Below, one piece after another: positions 1-8,240 of a stretch of DNA of 43,696 nucleotides. Each line of letters starts with the position of its first letter. The first letter of the stretch is position 1. The notes under the pieces are model-generated. The model saw only the letters and a list, made by a program, of their open reading frames with translations. It searched no databases and was not told the DNA's origin. The translations under genes were made by a program, and so were the position numbers. This stretch comes from a virus, in IMG/VR virus record IMGVR_UViG_3300045988_044483. One strand, given 5' to 3'.

Positions 1-55
1 CTGGCGAAATCCCATCCTCCATTAACACTAAGCAAATTCTTAACGTTCTCAATGA
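1..55. repeat. Terminal direct repeat, copy 1 (identical to 43642-43696)
   Basis: Exact 55-nt identity read directly: ctggcgaaatcccatcc...cgttctcaatga at both ends. Confidence 0.95.
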
Positions 56-470
56 AAAGGTAAGTGGGTTTATTTTCTTCCTCGAGCTGTCCGATAAGGT
101 ACATAACTCTGAAAAACAGGCTCGAGCGGTTTCCTTTAAATCCAATTTGCTTTCCTGCGACAGAAATGTCCTGACATGGGAATCCGAAGCACCAGCAGTC
201 TGCCCTTGGAATGTCTCTTGCATATACTCTTCGAATGTCATTTGCGTACCATTCTCCATTTCTGTATTCCTCCTTCAATATTTCTTTTTGCCGTTTCTTC
301 AATGGCACTTTTCCTAATGATTCTCTTTGTTTCTGCGTGAGTAGGTGCATAGATATATAGCTTGCCGTTGCAAATTTGTCAAACTCGCAAAATCCAACAC
401 ATTTATGCCCCGCCAACTCCATTCCTTTTCTAAACCCGCCTATCCCCGCAAAAAAATCAATAAATTGCAT
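1..470 (-). CDS. dcm: DNA (cytosine-5)-methyltransferase, N-terminal part; the gene continues at 43641 downward
   Basis: Hand translation from ATG at 470 (RBS AGGAGG) gives MQFIDFFAGIGGFRKG (motif I), GFPCQDIS (motif IV) and FIENVKNL (motif VI). The frame is open to base 1. Joined length is 470+820 = 1290 nt, i.e. 430 codons. Confidence 0.9.
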   Translation of the reverse strand, partial: MQFIDFFAGIGGFRKGMELAGHKCVGFCEFDKFATASYISMHLLTQKQRESLGKVPLKKRQKEILKEEYRNGEWYANDIRRVYARDIPRADCWCFGFPCQDISVAGKQIGFKGNRSSLFFRVMYLIGQLEEENKPTYLFIENVKNLLSVNGGWDFA

Positions 471-479
471 TTTCCCTCC

Positions 480-698
480 TCACCTCTTCCATGTCGGTTC
501 TGCCTGCTCCTGAACACGCTCCACCATGTCGCACTGGCAAACAATCTCTGTTGCCCACTCACGAATTTGCCGAAGCCCATCCGCATCCGGTGCGATACCT
601 GCACGCCGTTCGATCGAGAGCGCCAGCTCCCTGATCCGGTTATCTGCCGCCATCCATACCGGTTCGGCATCCGGCGGCGTTTTAATCCATATTGCCAT
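480..698 (-). CDS. Hypothetical protein (72 aa)
   Basis: ORF tightly packed on the coding strand, ending 10 nt before the dcm start. Confidence 0.5.
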   Translation of the reverse strand: MAIWIKTPPDAEPVWMAADNRIRELALSIERRAGIAPDADGLRQIREWATEIVCQCDMVERVQEQAEPTWKR

Positions 699-822
699 TG
701 TCCTGTCTCCTTTGCCCTATCCTGTCAGTGTCCTGCTCCAGGACAATGCTTTCTCCGGTTTTATAAATCCGGTACAATAGCACACCCGTCAGGACTACTA
801 ATACAGTTATTATCTTTCGCAT
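682..822 (-). CDS. Small hydrophobic protein (46 aa, MRKIITVLVVLTGVLLY...)
   Basis: Hand-translated ORF below the track cutoff. RBS is GGAGGTAAAA before the ATG, and there is an N-terminal TM/signal-like segment. Confidence 0.45.
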   Translation of the reverse strand: MRKIITVLVVLTGVLLYRIYKTGESIVLEQDTDRIGQRRQDNGNMD

Positions 823-840
823 TTTTACCTCCTGAGCGGC

Positions 841-1431
841 TCACGTTCCCGCTCCCTGTTCCTCTGCCACTGCAAATTCTCCATTCTTCAGCGTATAAAA
901 CGTATTTTCTTTTATGCGCTCACCGTCCACTTTTTCCATCTTTGCACAAACTAAATTGTTAGAATCGTCATACTCGGCAAGGACCAGATAACAGCCTTTT
1001 TCTCCTCTTGTTTTTCCGCGTCTTCCCCACGATACGGCCACGCCGTCTTTTCCCGTATTGGTTGCGGCGCTCCAGTTTCCCGTGTTGGTTGCAGCGCTCT
1101 CTCCATTTGTTCGTTTTAATGTAACTTCAACAAATGCATTCACAAAATTATGTATTGAGAGCTTCGCGCCAATTTTTAATTTTGTAGTACAAAATTTTCG
1201 TCCGTCGTCCGTTTTTTCGTCCGCAAGCGCTTCGACTTCCGCGAACTCGTTTATTTCAGCGTTATCGTTTACAAACCCGTAATGCTCAAGCACATCAAAC
1301 GGATTCTTGCAGTAGTGCATTCCAGTATTGCAAATTTTTGCTTCCGGCTCTTCAAACACAGCATTTTCCTCGTATTGTTTGCCCCGGCAAATCATACCGG
1401 GATTAAAAGCCTTATATCCAATTTTGTCCAT
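841..1431 (-). CDS. Conserved phage protein of unknown function (starts MDKIGYKAF)
   Basis: ORF with AAGGAGG RBS before the ATG at 1431. Function unknown. Confidence 0.6.
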   Translation of the reverse strand: MDKIGYKAFNPGMICRGKQYEENAVFEEPEAKICNTGMHYCKNPFDVLEHYGFVNDNAEINEFAEVEALADEKTDDGRKFCTTKLKIGAKLSIHNFVNAFVEVTLKRTNGESAATNTGNWSAATNTGKDGVAVSWGRRGKTRGEKGCYLVLAEYDDSNNLVCAKMEKVDGERIKENTFYTLKNGEFAVAEEQGAGT

Positions 1432-1433
1432 GT

Positions 1434-1655
1434 TTACCTCCTTAGCGGCGCACATGCCCGCTCCCAGCTCTCTGCCCATCCATCCGGCTCCGCTCTCATA
1501 ATCTCGTAGCCGTCTTTTGCCTTTACGCCGTGGTATACGCGGCTGGCTACGGTCTCGCGGGACATGCCTAATAAATCCATAAGCTCTTTCGCTTTATACC
1601 GTCCCTGGTACTCATCGTTCTTGTACAGGTCGTACAAGATTATCTTTCGTCCCAT
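1434..1655 (-). CDS. Small hypothetical protein (73 aa), possibly DNA-binding
   Basis: ORF whose stop abuts the next gene's RBS. The LLGMSRETVASRV segment looks HTH-like. Confidence 0.5.
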   Translation of the reverse strand: MGRKIILYDLYKNDEYQGRYKAKELMDLLGMSRETVASRVYHGVKAKDGYEIMRAEPDGWAESWERACAPLRR

Positions 1656-1974
1656 TCCACTTTCCTCTCTTCCTGCACCACTGCGGACTGTTTGCCACTT
1701 TCTGCTCGATTAGTCGCATATCTACGATGCACAGCCGCCGGTATCCGTCCTGTTTCTCCTTGCGGATCAGTACGCAGGATTCGCAGCCATCGCAGTGCGG
1801 CAGCGTTGCTTTTATCCTGCTCCTGTAGTCCCGCTGCTTCTGCCGGTATGCTTCCGGATCTGCCTGCCGCTGCCGACGCTTTAACAGCGCCCTTATATCC
1901 GTGCCAGACATGATGCAGTCTGGATGCTGGCAGGCTTCGCAGACCGGATAGGCGCAATCCTTTGTTGCTCTCAT
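1612..1974 (-). CDS. Cys-rich hypothetical protein (120 aa)
   Basis: ORF with several CxxC-like pairs (CAYPVCEACQHPDC, CDGCESC). Confidence 0.5.
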   Translation of the reverse strand: MRATKDCAYPVCEACQHPDCIMSGTDIRALLKRRQRQADPEAYRQKQRDYRSRIKATLPHCDGCESCVLIRKEKQDGYRRLCIVDMRLIEQKVANSPQWCRKRGKWNGTKDNLVRPVQER

Positions 1975-1981
1975 ACCCGCC

Positions 1982-2776
1982 TCACTTTCCCAGCAGGGCA
2001 GCTTCCAGGCTGTCCATGTCGTAGTCGTGTTTCATAAATTGGTTATACTGGTCAACGCTGGTCTGCTGCCGCTTTGGCGTTTTCGGCTTCTTGTACTTTT
2101 CTGGCAGATACTCATCAAATTTCAATTTTCGCAGAAAATTTTCAGCGTTCAGCACATATTGTGGCTGCGTCCCGCGTATCTGGCAGGCTTCGGCGTAATT
2201 TCTGGCTGCCTGTACAAGTTCGTCAGCGTTTACACCCATCCGCAGGGTATTTAAGTATTCCACAGCCACTCCAGGCAGGTCTGCTCCTGCTTTCGGGTAC
2301 GCTGCGACAAAGTCCTCAAACCGCTCTGGTTCCTCGCGCGATATTGTTTTGGATTCGTATTCGGATTGGATTGGATTACGGGGACTATTGCAATCGTTCG
2401 ATATCATCTGATTGCAATTGATATCATCTGATATCAGATTCTCGCAGTTGCTTTCTTCCGCTGGATATTTGCTTTTCTTTGCTCTCACTTGCTGGTGATC
2501 TCCCCAAGTTGCCATGTGTAAGTACGGTCGTCCCTGAACGTAATATTCTCGGACCAAGCCTACAGACGTCAACTTCTGCAGGGCATCAGCAATCGTCTTA
2601 TTTGTAATATCCTTTAGCGGAAAGCATGTCCCGCGGATAATCGCAGGTCTTCCGTCAAATCTTCCATAATCGTCACACGCTACGATTAAGCGGTAGAACA
2701 GGACTTCTTCAAACCAGCTGAGCTGGTCAATCGTATCTGATCGGCAGATAGATTCTTTTAAAATCCTGTTTGGCAT
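1982..2776 (-). CDS. Phage replisome organizer / DnaD-like replication initiation protein
   Basis: The N-terminus (ILKESICRSDTIDQLSWFEEVLFYRLIVACDDYGRFDGRP) resembles the replisome-organizer N-domain. GGAGG lies 8 nt before the ATG at 2776. Repeats sit in the linker region of the gene. Confidence 0.6.
   Translation of the reverse strand: MPNRILKESICRSDTIDQLSWFEEVLFYRLIVACDDYGRFDGRPAIIRGTCFPLKDITNKTIADALQKLTSVGLVREYYVQGRPYLHMATWGDHQQVRAKKSKYPAEESNCENLISDDINCNQMISNDCNSPRNPIQSEYESKTISREEPERFEDFVAAYPKAGADLPGVAVEYLNTLRMGVNADELVQAARNYAEACQIRGTQPQYVLNAENFLRKLKFDEYLPEKYKKPKTPKRQQTSVDQYNQFMKHDYDMDSLEAALLGK
2351..2439. repeat. Iteron-like repeat cluster inside the replication gene (candidate ori)
   Basis: GGATT occurs four times (2351, 2363, 2368, 2373). 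ATTGCAAT palindromes occur at 2387 and 2411. GATATCATCTGAT is a direct repeat at 2400-2412 and 2420-2432. ATCTGATATCAGAT is a 14-bp perfect palindrome at 2426-2439. Confidence 0.5.
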
Positions 2777-2777
2777 C

Positions 2778-3146
2778 TTATCCGCCTCCATTCAGGCTCG
2801 CAAGCCATTCATCCATTGTGATCTGGTTCTTTTCCAACTCATTTTCGCGTGGCTTCTTATCTTTTCGCAGATATCGTTTCGCTGCATCCACATTCATGCG
2901 ATTTTCAGCAGTTCGGGAACTTTCTATTGCCATCCAGTTGCGAACCAGATTCTTTTCATCCTCCGCCGGTATAAAGTACCCTTTACCATCCTGCAGATTG
3001 ATAATCAGCTCCGCATCGCAGTCGTTTTTATTTACTTCTGCGATCAGCCGCCGCACCATCCGATCACTCATGTGCGTTGTGGTCTGCAGCCAGCGTCTGG
3101 AAACAGCATTTTTATGCCCGGTCGGGATGTAATCTAAAATGTTCAT
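2778..3146 (-). CDS. Hypothetical protein (122 aa), possibly winged-helix
   Basis: ORF with a GGAGAAAG RBS before the ATG at 3146. Confidence 0.5.
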   Translation of the reverse strand: MNILDYIPTGHKNAVSRRWLQTTTHMSDRMVRRLIAEVNKNDCDAELIINLQDGKGYFIPAEDEKNLVRNWMAIESSRTAENRMNVDAAKRYLRKDKKPRENELEKNQITMDEWLASLNGGG

Positions 3147-3356
3147 GATCTTTCTCCAGTTGGGGATGCGCCGCTTGCCCCCGGCGCTGGGGTAACAGGA
3201 GGTCACCCGTCATGCCCGTGATATATACGCCCCAACAAGTCCCGAATTAGTAGTTTCTTTCGCGCTTATTGCGCCAGTGTTTCAACTGTGTTAGGATTAT
3301 CTAAAACCTTGTACCAGCCAAGTTTAATCCTCTTCCTTATAACATGTTTCACCACA

Positions 3357-3677
3357 TTACCGGCTATCTCCGTATAACTCCATAAAATCTTCAAATCTCA
3401 TGGTAACGAGCCAGCCGCAATTATTTTTTCGATGGAATACGGTCGGCTTCTCGTCTGTCTTTGCATCCGCAACAGACTGCGCCAAAGCATCATACAGGTT
3501 CAGACGCTCTACTCGCTTGCATTCGATGTGTATCCCTGGTAGCCCAACCACATCAGCGTCGCCGTTCGAACCACAGTATTGTTGTCCTCTGCGCGCTTCA
3601 TAGCCGTATTCCTTCAGTTTCCGCGCAAGCTCTCGTTCTCCACTCGCGCCCTTGTTTCTGCTGTTCGTTTTCCTCAT
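3357..3677 (-). CDS. PD-(D/E)XK-type nuclease, probable Holliday junction resolvase
   Basis: KGASGERELARKL ... GDADVVG ... IHIECK gives the E..D..ExK arrangement. The start is uncertain: ATGs at 3677, 3698 and 3734 are all possible. Confidence 0.55.
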   Translation of the reverse strand: MRKTNSRNKGASGERELARKLKEYGYEARRGQQYCGSNGDADVVGLPGIHIECKRVERLNLYDALAQSVADAKTDEKPTVFHRKNNCGWLVTMRFEDFMELYGDSR

Positions 3678-4302
3678 CCTCCTTGTAGATAATTCCATAT
3701 ACTTTATACATTTTTTGGAAGCTCTCCCTTCCACGCTGATGCGCGTTTGTGTGATGCTCCCGGCATAGGCATATCTTTCGATGGTCCGAATCGTCTAGGG
3801 TATTGCGGTTGTTTCCCATGCCGATAGCATCCCAATGATGTATTTCCCCATCTCTTCCGCATATCGCACATTTTTTATGCTTTATACAAAAATACAGGTA
3901 TCGGTTAATATCATCGGTACGTTCCACAGCGTTATCCGTTAATGGGATTCCATTTTCCACCGCGTACTCCAATATGGTGTTAATAAACTCCCGCGCCGTA
4001 TCCATAGAGCAGTCTGCAAGGCTAAAATATCCGCATCCTGTTTTCACGATATGTAAGTATTTCAACCACTCCTTCTGCTCCTCTGGAAGATAGCCAGTAT
4101 AAGATGCTATGTCCCGGATCGTCGCATATGCCTTTTTACGCTGCTCGGCGGATATATGCCGTCCATCATCCAGCCGGATTTCTGCATCCTTAATCTTTTT
4201 TTTGCTGAGGACTTCGCCGAGGCCTTTAATCGGGACGGATATAATTAAGTCTGTCCCCTTGTCGGTGTCCTTGTACTTTTCTATCCTCACAAACGCATTC
4301 AT
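3598..4302 (-). CDS. HNH-like nuclease-domain protein (234 aa)
   Basis: C-terminal CAICGRDGEIHHWDAIGMGNNRN...CLCREHHTNAHQRG is a Cys/His metal-finger pattern. Confidence 0.5.
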   Translation of the reverse strand: MNAFVRIEKYKDTDKGTDLIISVPIKGLGEVLSKKKIKDAEIRLDDGRHISAEQRKKAYATIRDIASYTGYLPEEQKEWLKYLHIVKTGCGYFSLADCSMDTAREFINTILEYAVENGIPLTDNAVERTDDINRYLYFCIKHKKCAICGRDGEIHHWDAIGMGNNRNTLDDSDHRKICLCREHHTNAHQRGRESFQKMYKVYGIIYKEDEENEQQKQGREWRTRACAETEGIRL

Positions 4303-4817
4303 GATTTCCCTTTGCCCCTTATGTCATACACAAAAGCCATTTTGTTAATGGAGGTATTTTTAATAGCAAGTGCCACAATCCGGGAATCTTTGTAGATGAT
4401 CTGCGTGACATGGAAACGATCGTATGTCGTAAATTTAGGCTTTGTCCCGGATATTTGCACTTTATCAGATGGAATCCATATAAACGGCGCAGTATACAGC
4501 TCTCGCCCTATGCCCCAGTTAAAACAGGCGCGTTTAAAACTATCGGATGCAAGTCCTTTTTCCTTTGCCGAAAAGGATTCTATGCCCGTGTCCTCTTTTG
4601 ATATCCAAAGTTGCTTCTCGCTGTCATAAATGCTTACGGTACAATTCGCATTATCCCGCGTATGCTTCCGCTCCCAGTTCATCGGGCCTACAGCCTCGTC
4701 GAGGATGTTCATGTCACATCTTGCATCCTTATACAGCAATAGTGAGCAGCCGTTCTCTTTTACTGTGGACACGCGGCATTCAATCTCATCCGCCCTCAGC
4801 TCTCTAAATTTATTCAT
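4299..4817 (-). CDS. Rad52/Sak-like single-strand annealing protein
   Basis: RVSTVKENGCSLLLYKDARCDMNILDEAVGPMNWERKH and FKRACFNWGIGRELY fit the Rad52/22 family. It sits beside Gp157 in a recombination module. Confidence 0.65.
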   Translation of the reverse strand: MNKFRELRADEIECRVSTVKENGCSLLLYKDARCDMNILDEAVGPMNWERKHTRDNANCTVSIYDSEKQLWISKEDTGIESFSAKEKGLASDSFKRACFNWGIGRELYTAPFIWIPSDKVQISGTKPKFTTYDRFHVTQIIYKDSRIVALAIKNTSINKMAFVYDIRGKGKS

Positions 4818-4826
4818 GTCCGCCTC

Positions 4827-5315
4827 CTACTTAATCCGAAGATGCTCCCCGCGCTCCTTCAATTCAGCAAATGTGAGGGTTTTTCCTGCATTCAATGCCT
4901 CTCTAATCTTAGACGTGTCAGGGATTTTCTTCATGTAATCGTCTGGGACTGCCGTATCATCCACTTCCATCGGAGCGACGCCGCCGTTTTTGCAGATTGC
5001 AAACGAGTAGAGGTTTGTTTTAAACTTCTTCCGGTCGCAAAGTACCATTGCTCTCTTTAGCCTGTCTTTCAGCATCGCGCTCCGTCCGTGTAACTGCTCC
5101 GCGCGCGCCGCAAGGCGATCAGCTTCTTTTTCAAACTTCGCGGCTTCCGCATCCAGCTCCGCCATAATGATTGCGTAATTCTCCGCCTTTTCTTCTAGTT
5201 CGCCGTCCATGCCGTCCAGCGTGTCTTCGATAACCTTCATCTCCAACTCATCCGCTGATTCCATCATTTCATATAGTTCCAAATACTGCCCTGTGATCTC
5301 ATATAATGTGCTCAT
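4827..5315 (-). CDS. Siphovirus Gp157-family protein
   Basis: MSTLYEITGQYLELYEMM...EDTLDGMDGELEEKAENYA...RLKRAM...FKT is the typical Gp157 pattern. ATG at 5315; the longer ORF begins with TTG. Confidence 0.65.
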   Translation of the reverse strand: MSTLYEITGQYLELYEMMESADELEMKVIEDTLDGMDGELEEKAENYAIIMAELDAEAAKFEKEADRLAARAEQLHGRSAMLKDRLKRAMVLCDRKKFKTNLYSFAICKNGGVAPMEVDDTAVPDDYMKKIPDTSKIREALNAGKTLTFAELKERGEHLRIK

Positions 5316-5445
5316 CTTCTTTGTTTTCCTCCTGTTCAATCTCCTGCGTTATCCGCATTATTCTTCTCAGGCGCTTATGCGCCTTTAATTCAGTTCCCGT
5401 ATCCAGGCTTTCATTGTATTCATCTATCGGCTGTTCTGTATACAT
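5299..5445 (-). CDS. Small hypothetical protein (48 aa)
   Basis: The ATG follows the upstream stop with RBS GGAAGG. Short ORF. Confidence 0.4.
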   Translation of the reverse strand: MYTEQPIDEYNESLDTGTELKAHKRLRRIMRITQEIEQEENKEDEHII

Positions 5446-5446
5446 G

Positions 5447-5719
5447 TTACTCATCCTTCCACATGTCGCGGAATTTATCAAAAAACTCATTCACGGCCTT
5501 ATTCATCTCTTCCATCTCTGGTATCGTTTCATTTTTTTTCTTACATGCTTCTATCATGCCAACGTAAAGCGTTTTTTTCATGATACTGTTCGCATCTTCA
5601 TACGATACCCCAGCATCTAATAGGCTTTTCGTTACCGACGCAGACGCTACTGCAAAATCTCTAAGGACGTTCAACCCCGTCCCCATAATTCTCACTTTGC
5701 CATCTTCTGATAAAATCAT
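5447..5719 (-). CDS. Hypothetical protein (90 aa)
   Basis: ORF on the coding strand of the early operon. Confidence 0.5.
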   Translation of the reverse strand: MILSEDGKVRIMGTGLNVLRDFAVASASVTKSLLDAGVSYEDANSIMKKTLYVGMIEACKKKNETIPEMEEMNKAVNEFFDKFRDMWKDE

Positions 5720-5797
5720 TGCATTCTCTCCATTCTTGTCTTATAATAAAGATGATCTCCACAAAAGATCATCCGATGCAGAGCCAGTCCCCCAAGA

Positions 5798-5965
5798 TTA
5801 CAGCTCTGCATCATTTTTTTTGACCATTTCCCGCGCGCCGATCAGAAACGCTGCCGCTGCAGTAACCGCCAGCGTCGCGGGGAACCACTGCAGGTCTGTG
5901 GTTTCCCACAGGATCACTGCCGCTGTCAGGCAGTTTGTCGCGATCCCAAATATTAAATCTTCCAT
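5798..5965 (-). CDS. Small membrane protein (55 aa, MEDLIFGIATNCLTAAVILW...)
   Basis: Hand-translated. RBS is AGGAGGAGGA before the ATG. Two hydrophobic segments. Confidence 0.5.
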   Translation of the reverse strand: MEDLIFGIATNCLTAAVILWETTDLQWFPATLAVTAAAAFLIGAREMVKKNDAEL

Positions 5966-5978
5966 TCCTCCTCCTTTC

Positions 5979-6140
5979 TTACCCGAACTTTGGAATCTCC
6001 TTTTTTCTCTCGCGCGCTTCCATGTTAAGGATGTTTGCGATATTATTAAGGATCTCCATCGGCACTCTGACCTTGCTCAAATCTTCGATCAGGGTGCCGT
6101 TTTTGTCGTAATTAAGCACCTTTATTTGCTGCTTCATCAT
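5979..6140 (-). CDS. Small hypothetical protein (53 aa)
   Basis: ATG at 6140 preceded by GGAGGAAG. Confidence 0.45.
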   Translation of the reverse strand: MMKQQIKVLNYDKNGTLIEDLSKVRVPMEILNNIANILNMEARERKKEIPKFG

Positions 6141-6273
6141 TTTCTTCCTCCGGCTTCTTTGCAGACGCTGCAAGAGCTTCTGCATATCCCAAAAAGTAGC
6201 CCTGTTCGCGCTCCGACATCTGAGGTAATGCTTTTTTCAGCGTCTGGATTATGTTTTTTTCTTTTTCGCTCAT
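6112..6273 (-). CDS. Small hypothetical protein (53 aa, MSEKEKNIIQTLKKALPQMSEREQGYFLGY...)
   Basis: Hand-translated ORF below the track cutoff. It overlaps the next gene's start. Confidence 0.45.
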   Translation of the reverse strand: MSEKEKNIIQTLKKALPQMSEREQGYFLGYAEALAASAKKPEEENDEAANKGA

Positions 6274-6373
6274 GTGCTGCTCCTTTCTATTCTTATTTGA
6301 TTCTGACCTGCCATCATCAGAACCGGGCGGTCATCCCCGGTTGACGGTCCTTTCGAACCGTTTCGGCTTGCTA

Positions 6374-6571
6374 CTACATCTCGATCCCAAACTCATCGGA
6401 AAGTACCGCTTCAAAGTCCGGATCAATTTCCAGGTATCTCTTTAAAAAAGCTTCCGGCTCGCATGGTGCCATTTCGAAATGAATGCGTTCCCGGATTCCT
6501 CCGTCCATATAAAAAGAGACGTCATCCAGAAGATTCTGCGTAAACTTGATTTTTTCTCCATATCTTGTCAT
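6374..6571 (-). CDS. First early gene product (65 aa), unknown function
   Basis: First ORF downstream of the leftward promoter. RBS is AAAGGAGCAAAC. Confidence 0.55.
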   Translation of the reverse strand: MTRYGEKIKFTQNLLDDVSFYMDGGIRERIHFEMAPCEPEAFLKRYLEIDPDFEAVLSDEFGIEM

Positions 6572-6593
6572 TTTTTTGTTTGCTCCTTTTTGA

Positions 6594-6671
6594 TTATCTA
6601 ACTTGTGAGATTATAATATAACACAATGTTAGATTTGTCAACAGGAAATTATTTGACCTAGTTAGATTTTT
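6594..6671. promoter_or_regulatory. Three copies of a GTTAGAT(A/T)(A/T) operator-like motif in the genetic switch
   Basis: TTATCTAACTT at 6594-6604 (reverse orientation), GTTAGATTTG at 6628-6637 and GTTAGATTTTT at 6661-6671. They overlap the two promoters. Confidence 0.5.
6613..6641 (-). promoter_or_regulatory. Early (leftward) sigma-A-type promoter
   Basis: On the minus strand: TTGACA (6636-6641), 17 nt spacer, TATTAT (6613-6618). Confidence 0.6.
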
Positions 6672-6681
6672 GTGTTATTAT
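6653..6681 (+). promoter_or_regulatory. Repressor (rightward) promoter
   Basis: TTGACC (6653-6658), 17 nt spacer, TATTAT (6676-6681) with an upstream TGt extended -10. Confidence 0.55.
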
Positions 6682-6709
6682 TTATTCAATCGGAGAAGGA
6701 GGTGAGACC

Positions 6710-7078
6710 GTGAACGATAGAATAGTAAAAGTAAGAAAAGAAATCGGACTAACGCAAGACAGCTTTGCGGAAAAAATAGGATTATCTAAGAATTTTGTTT
6801 GGATGATCGAAAAGGGCGAACGCGTACCATCTGAAAGAACAATAAATGCGATCTGCCGGGAGTTTGATGTAAATAAGGAATGGCTGCTAACTGGAGAAGG
6901 AGAGATGTTTAAGGCACTCACCCGTAGCCAGACAATAACTAACTTCATGGGGGATCTGGTAGTTGATGATACATCGTTTAAAGCGAGGCTGATTGAAGCA
7001 CTTGCAAAACTGGATGAGTCGGAGTGGGAAACGCTGGAAAAGATTGCAAAAGAGATCGTACAAAACGGAGGCAGTTAA
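6710..7078 (+). CDS. CI-like repressor, XRE-family HTH
   Basis: IVKVRKEIGLTQDSFAEKIGLSKNFVWMIEKGERVPSERTINAICREF is a classic HTH_3. GTG start after GGAGAAGGAGG. Divergent from the early operon. Confidence 0.8.
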   Translation: MNDRIVKVRKEIGLTQDSFAEKIGLSKNFVWMIEKGERVPSERTINAICREFDVNKEWLLTGEGEMFKALTRSQTITNFMGDLVVDDTSFKARLIEALAKLDESEWETLEKIAKEIVQNGGS

Positions 7079-7303
7079 AAAGGCAGGGGAATCAATCCCC
7101 TACCTTAAAACCTTCCGGCAGAACCGGTAGACAAGCTCCAGCATTTTTTCGTTGTTGGATCCGTTTACAAGGTCCGTTATAAGTTTTTTGTACATAGCAT
7201 GCCCTCCTGTGTGTTAATTTCATGTTTAATATACAGGATCTGCATGAGAAATTTTGTAGAATTTCCGCGATAATGCCACGGAAAATGCAAGGAGGAATCA
7301 AAA

Positions 7304-7756
7304 ATGTTAATCAAATGCCCTGAATGTGGTCAGGATGTATCGGACAAGGCTAATATTTGCCCGAACTGCGGTACCCCGATCAAGAAAAAATTCTGTGCTC
7401 ACTGCGGAGAGCGCATAGACGTTGACTGTGTAGTGTGTCCGCACTGCGGAAAGCAGGTCGGCAGCCTAAAAGATGATAAAAATATCATCATAAACAACAA
7501 TAATAACAACAATAACAATAACAGCGCGGCTGCCTCTTCTTCCCTGTCTGCACGGTACAGATCTGGAAAGAAAGTAAACAAGTGGACAGCGTTTCTCCTG
7601 TGCTTATTCCTCGGATGGATGGGAGCACATAAATTTTATGAGGGCAAAACAGGCATGGGTATTCTGTACCTGCTTACAGGTGGATTATTTATTTTTGGCT
7701 GGCTGATCGATCTAATCTCAATATTGTTTAAGCCAAATCCGTACTACGTTTACTAA
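7304..7756 (+). CDS. Double zinc-ribbon / poly-Asn linker / TM2-domain membrane protein
   Basis: CPECG..CPNCG and CAHCG..CPHCG pairs. Ten consecutive Asn codons at 7493-7522. C-terminal [31 protein letters not shown] is TM2-like. Confidence 0.7.
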   Translation: MLIKCPECGQDVSDKANICPNCGTPIKKKFCAHCGERIDVDCVVCPHCGKQVGSLKDDKNIIINNNNNNNNNNSAAASSSLSARYRSGKKVNKWTAFLLCLFLGWMGAHKFYEGKTGMGILYLLTGGLFIFGWLIDLISILFKPNPYYVY

Positions 7757-7776
7757 AAATAAGGGGGAAATAAACT

Positions 7777-8175
7777 ATGATGATTAAATGCCCAGAATGT
7801 GGGAAAGATATTTCGGATAATGCTACTGCATGCCCTCACTGCGGCTGCCCGATGGAGGACATCCGAAAAGAACTGACAGATGCGGGCACGTCTGCACCGG
7901 CAGAAGCTCCGGAGGATGTAAGCGATAAAGAGCAAGTAAAGGCAGTGCTTAAAAAAGTGCGTCACGGCATACAGTGGGCACTTACAATTCTCTTCTTCCT
8001 GTTCGCGATTGTATTTGTACAGGAGGGATACGGCATCCTGTCCGCAATCCTGATTGTCATTTCCGCTGTTTTTCTGGCTCCGCCGTTTTCCAAAGTAAAT
8101 AAGATTTCAAAGGGTACCCGGGTTGCTGTTATAATCGTTACATTTATAGCAGCGTTCTGGGTATCGCTAAAATAG
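7777..8175 (+). CDS. Zinc-ribbon membrane protein (132 aa)
   Basis: CPECG...CPHCGCP followed by hydrophobic helices. Confidence 0.65.
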   Translation: MMIKCPECGKDISDNATACPHCGCPMEDIRKELTDAGTSAPAEAPEDVSDKEQVKAVLKKVRHGIQWALTILFFLFAIVFVQEGYGILSAILIVISAVFLAPPFSKVNKISKGTRVAVIIVTFIAAFWVSLK

Positions 8176-8240
8176 ATTATATTTCCCCGGTGCCGCGCAT
8201 GACGGTTTCCGGGGAAAATTGTATAAAAATGGAGATCGCA

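Noticed and set aside
7092-7301. Minus-strand 69-aa ORF in the gap between the repressor gene and the first zinc-ribbon gene.
   Set aside because: It has no RBS and an implausible Cys/Arg-rich translation. The gap more likely contains the repressor terminator hairpin (about 7083-7106) and the promoter for the downstream plus-strand genes.
7493-7522. The AAC/AAT microsatellite-like run considered as a possible CRISPR or non-coding repeat.
   Set aside because: It is in frame inside a clear CDS and encodes poly-Asn. No repeat-spacer architecture exists anywhere in the window.
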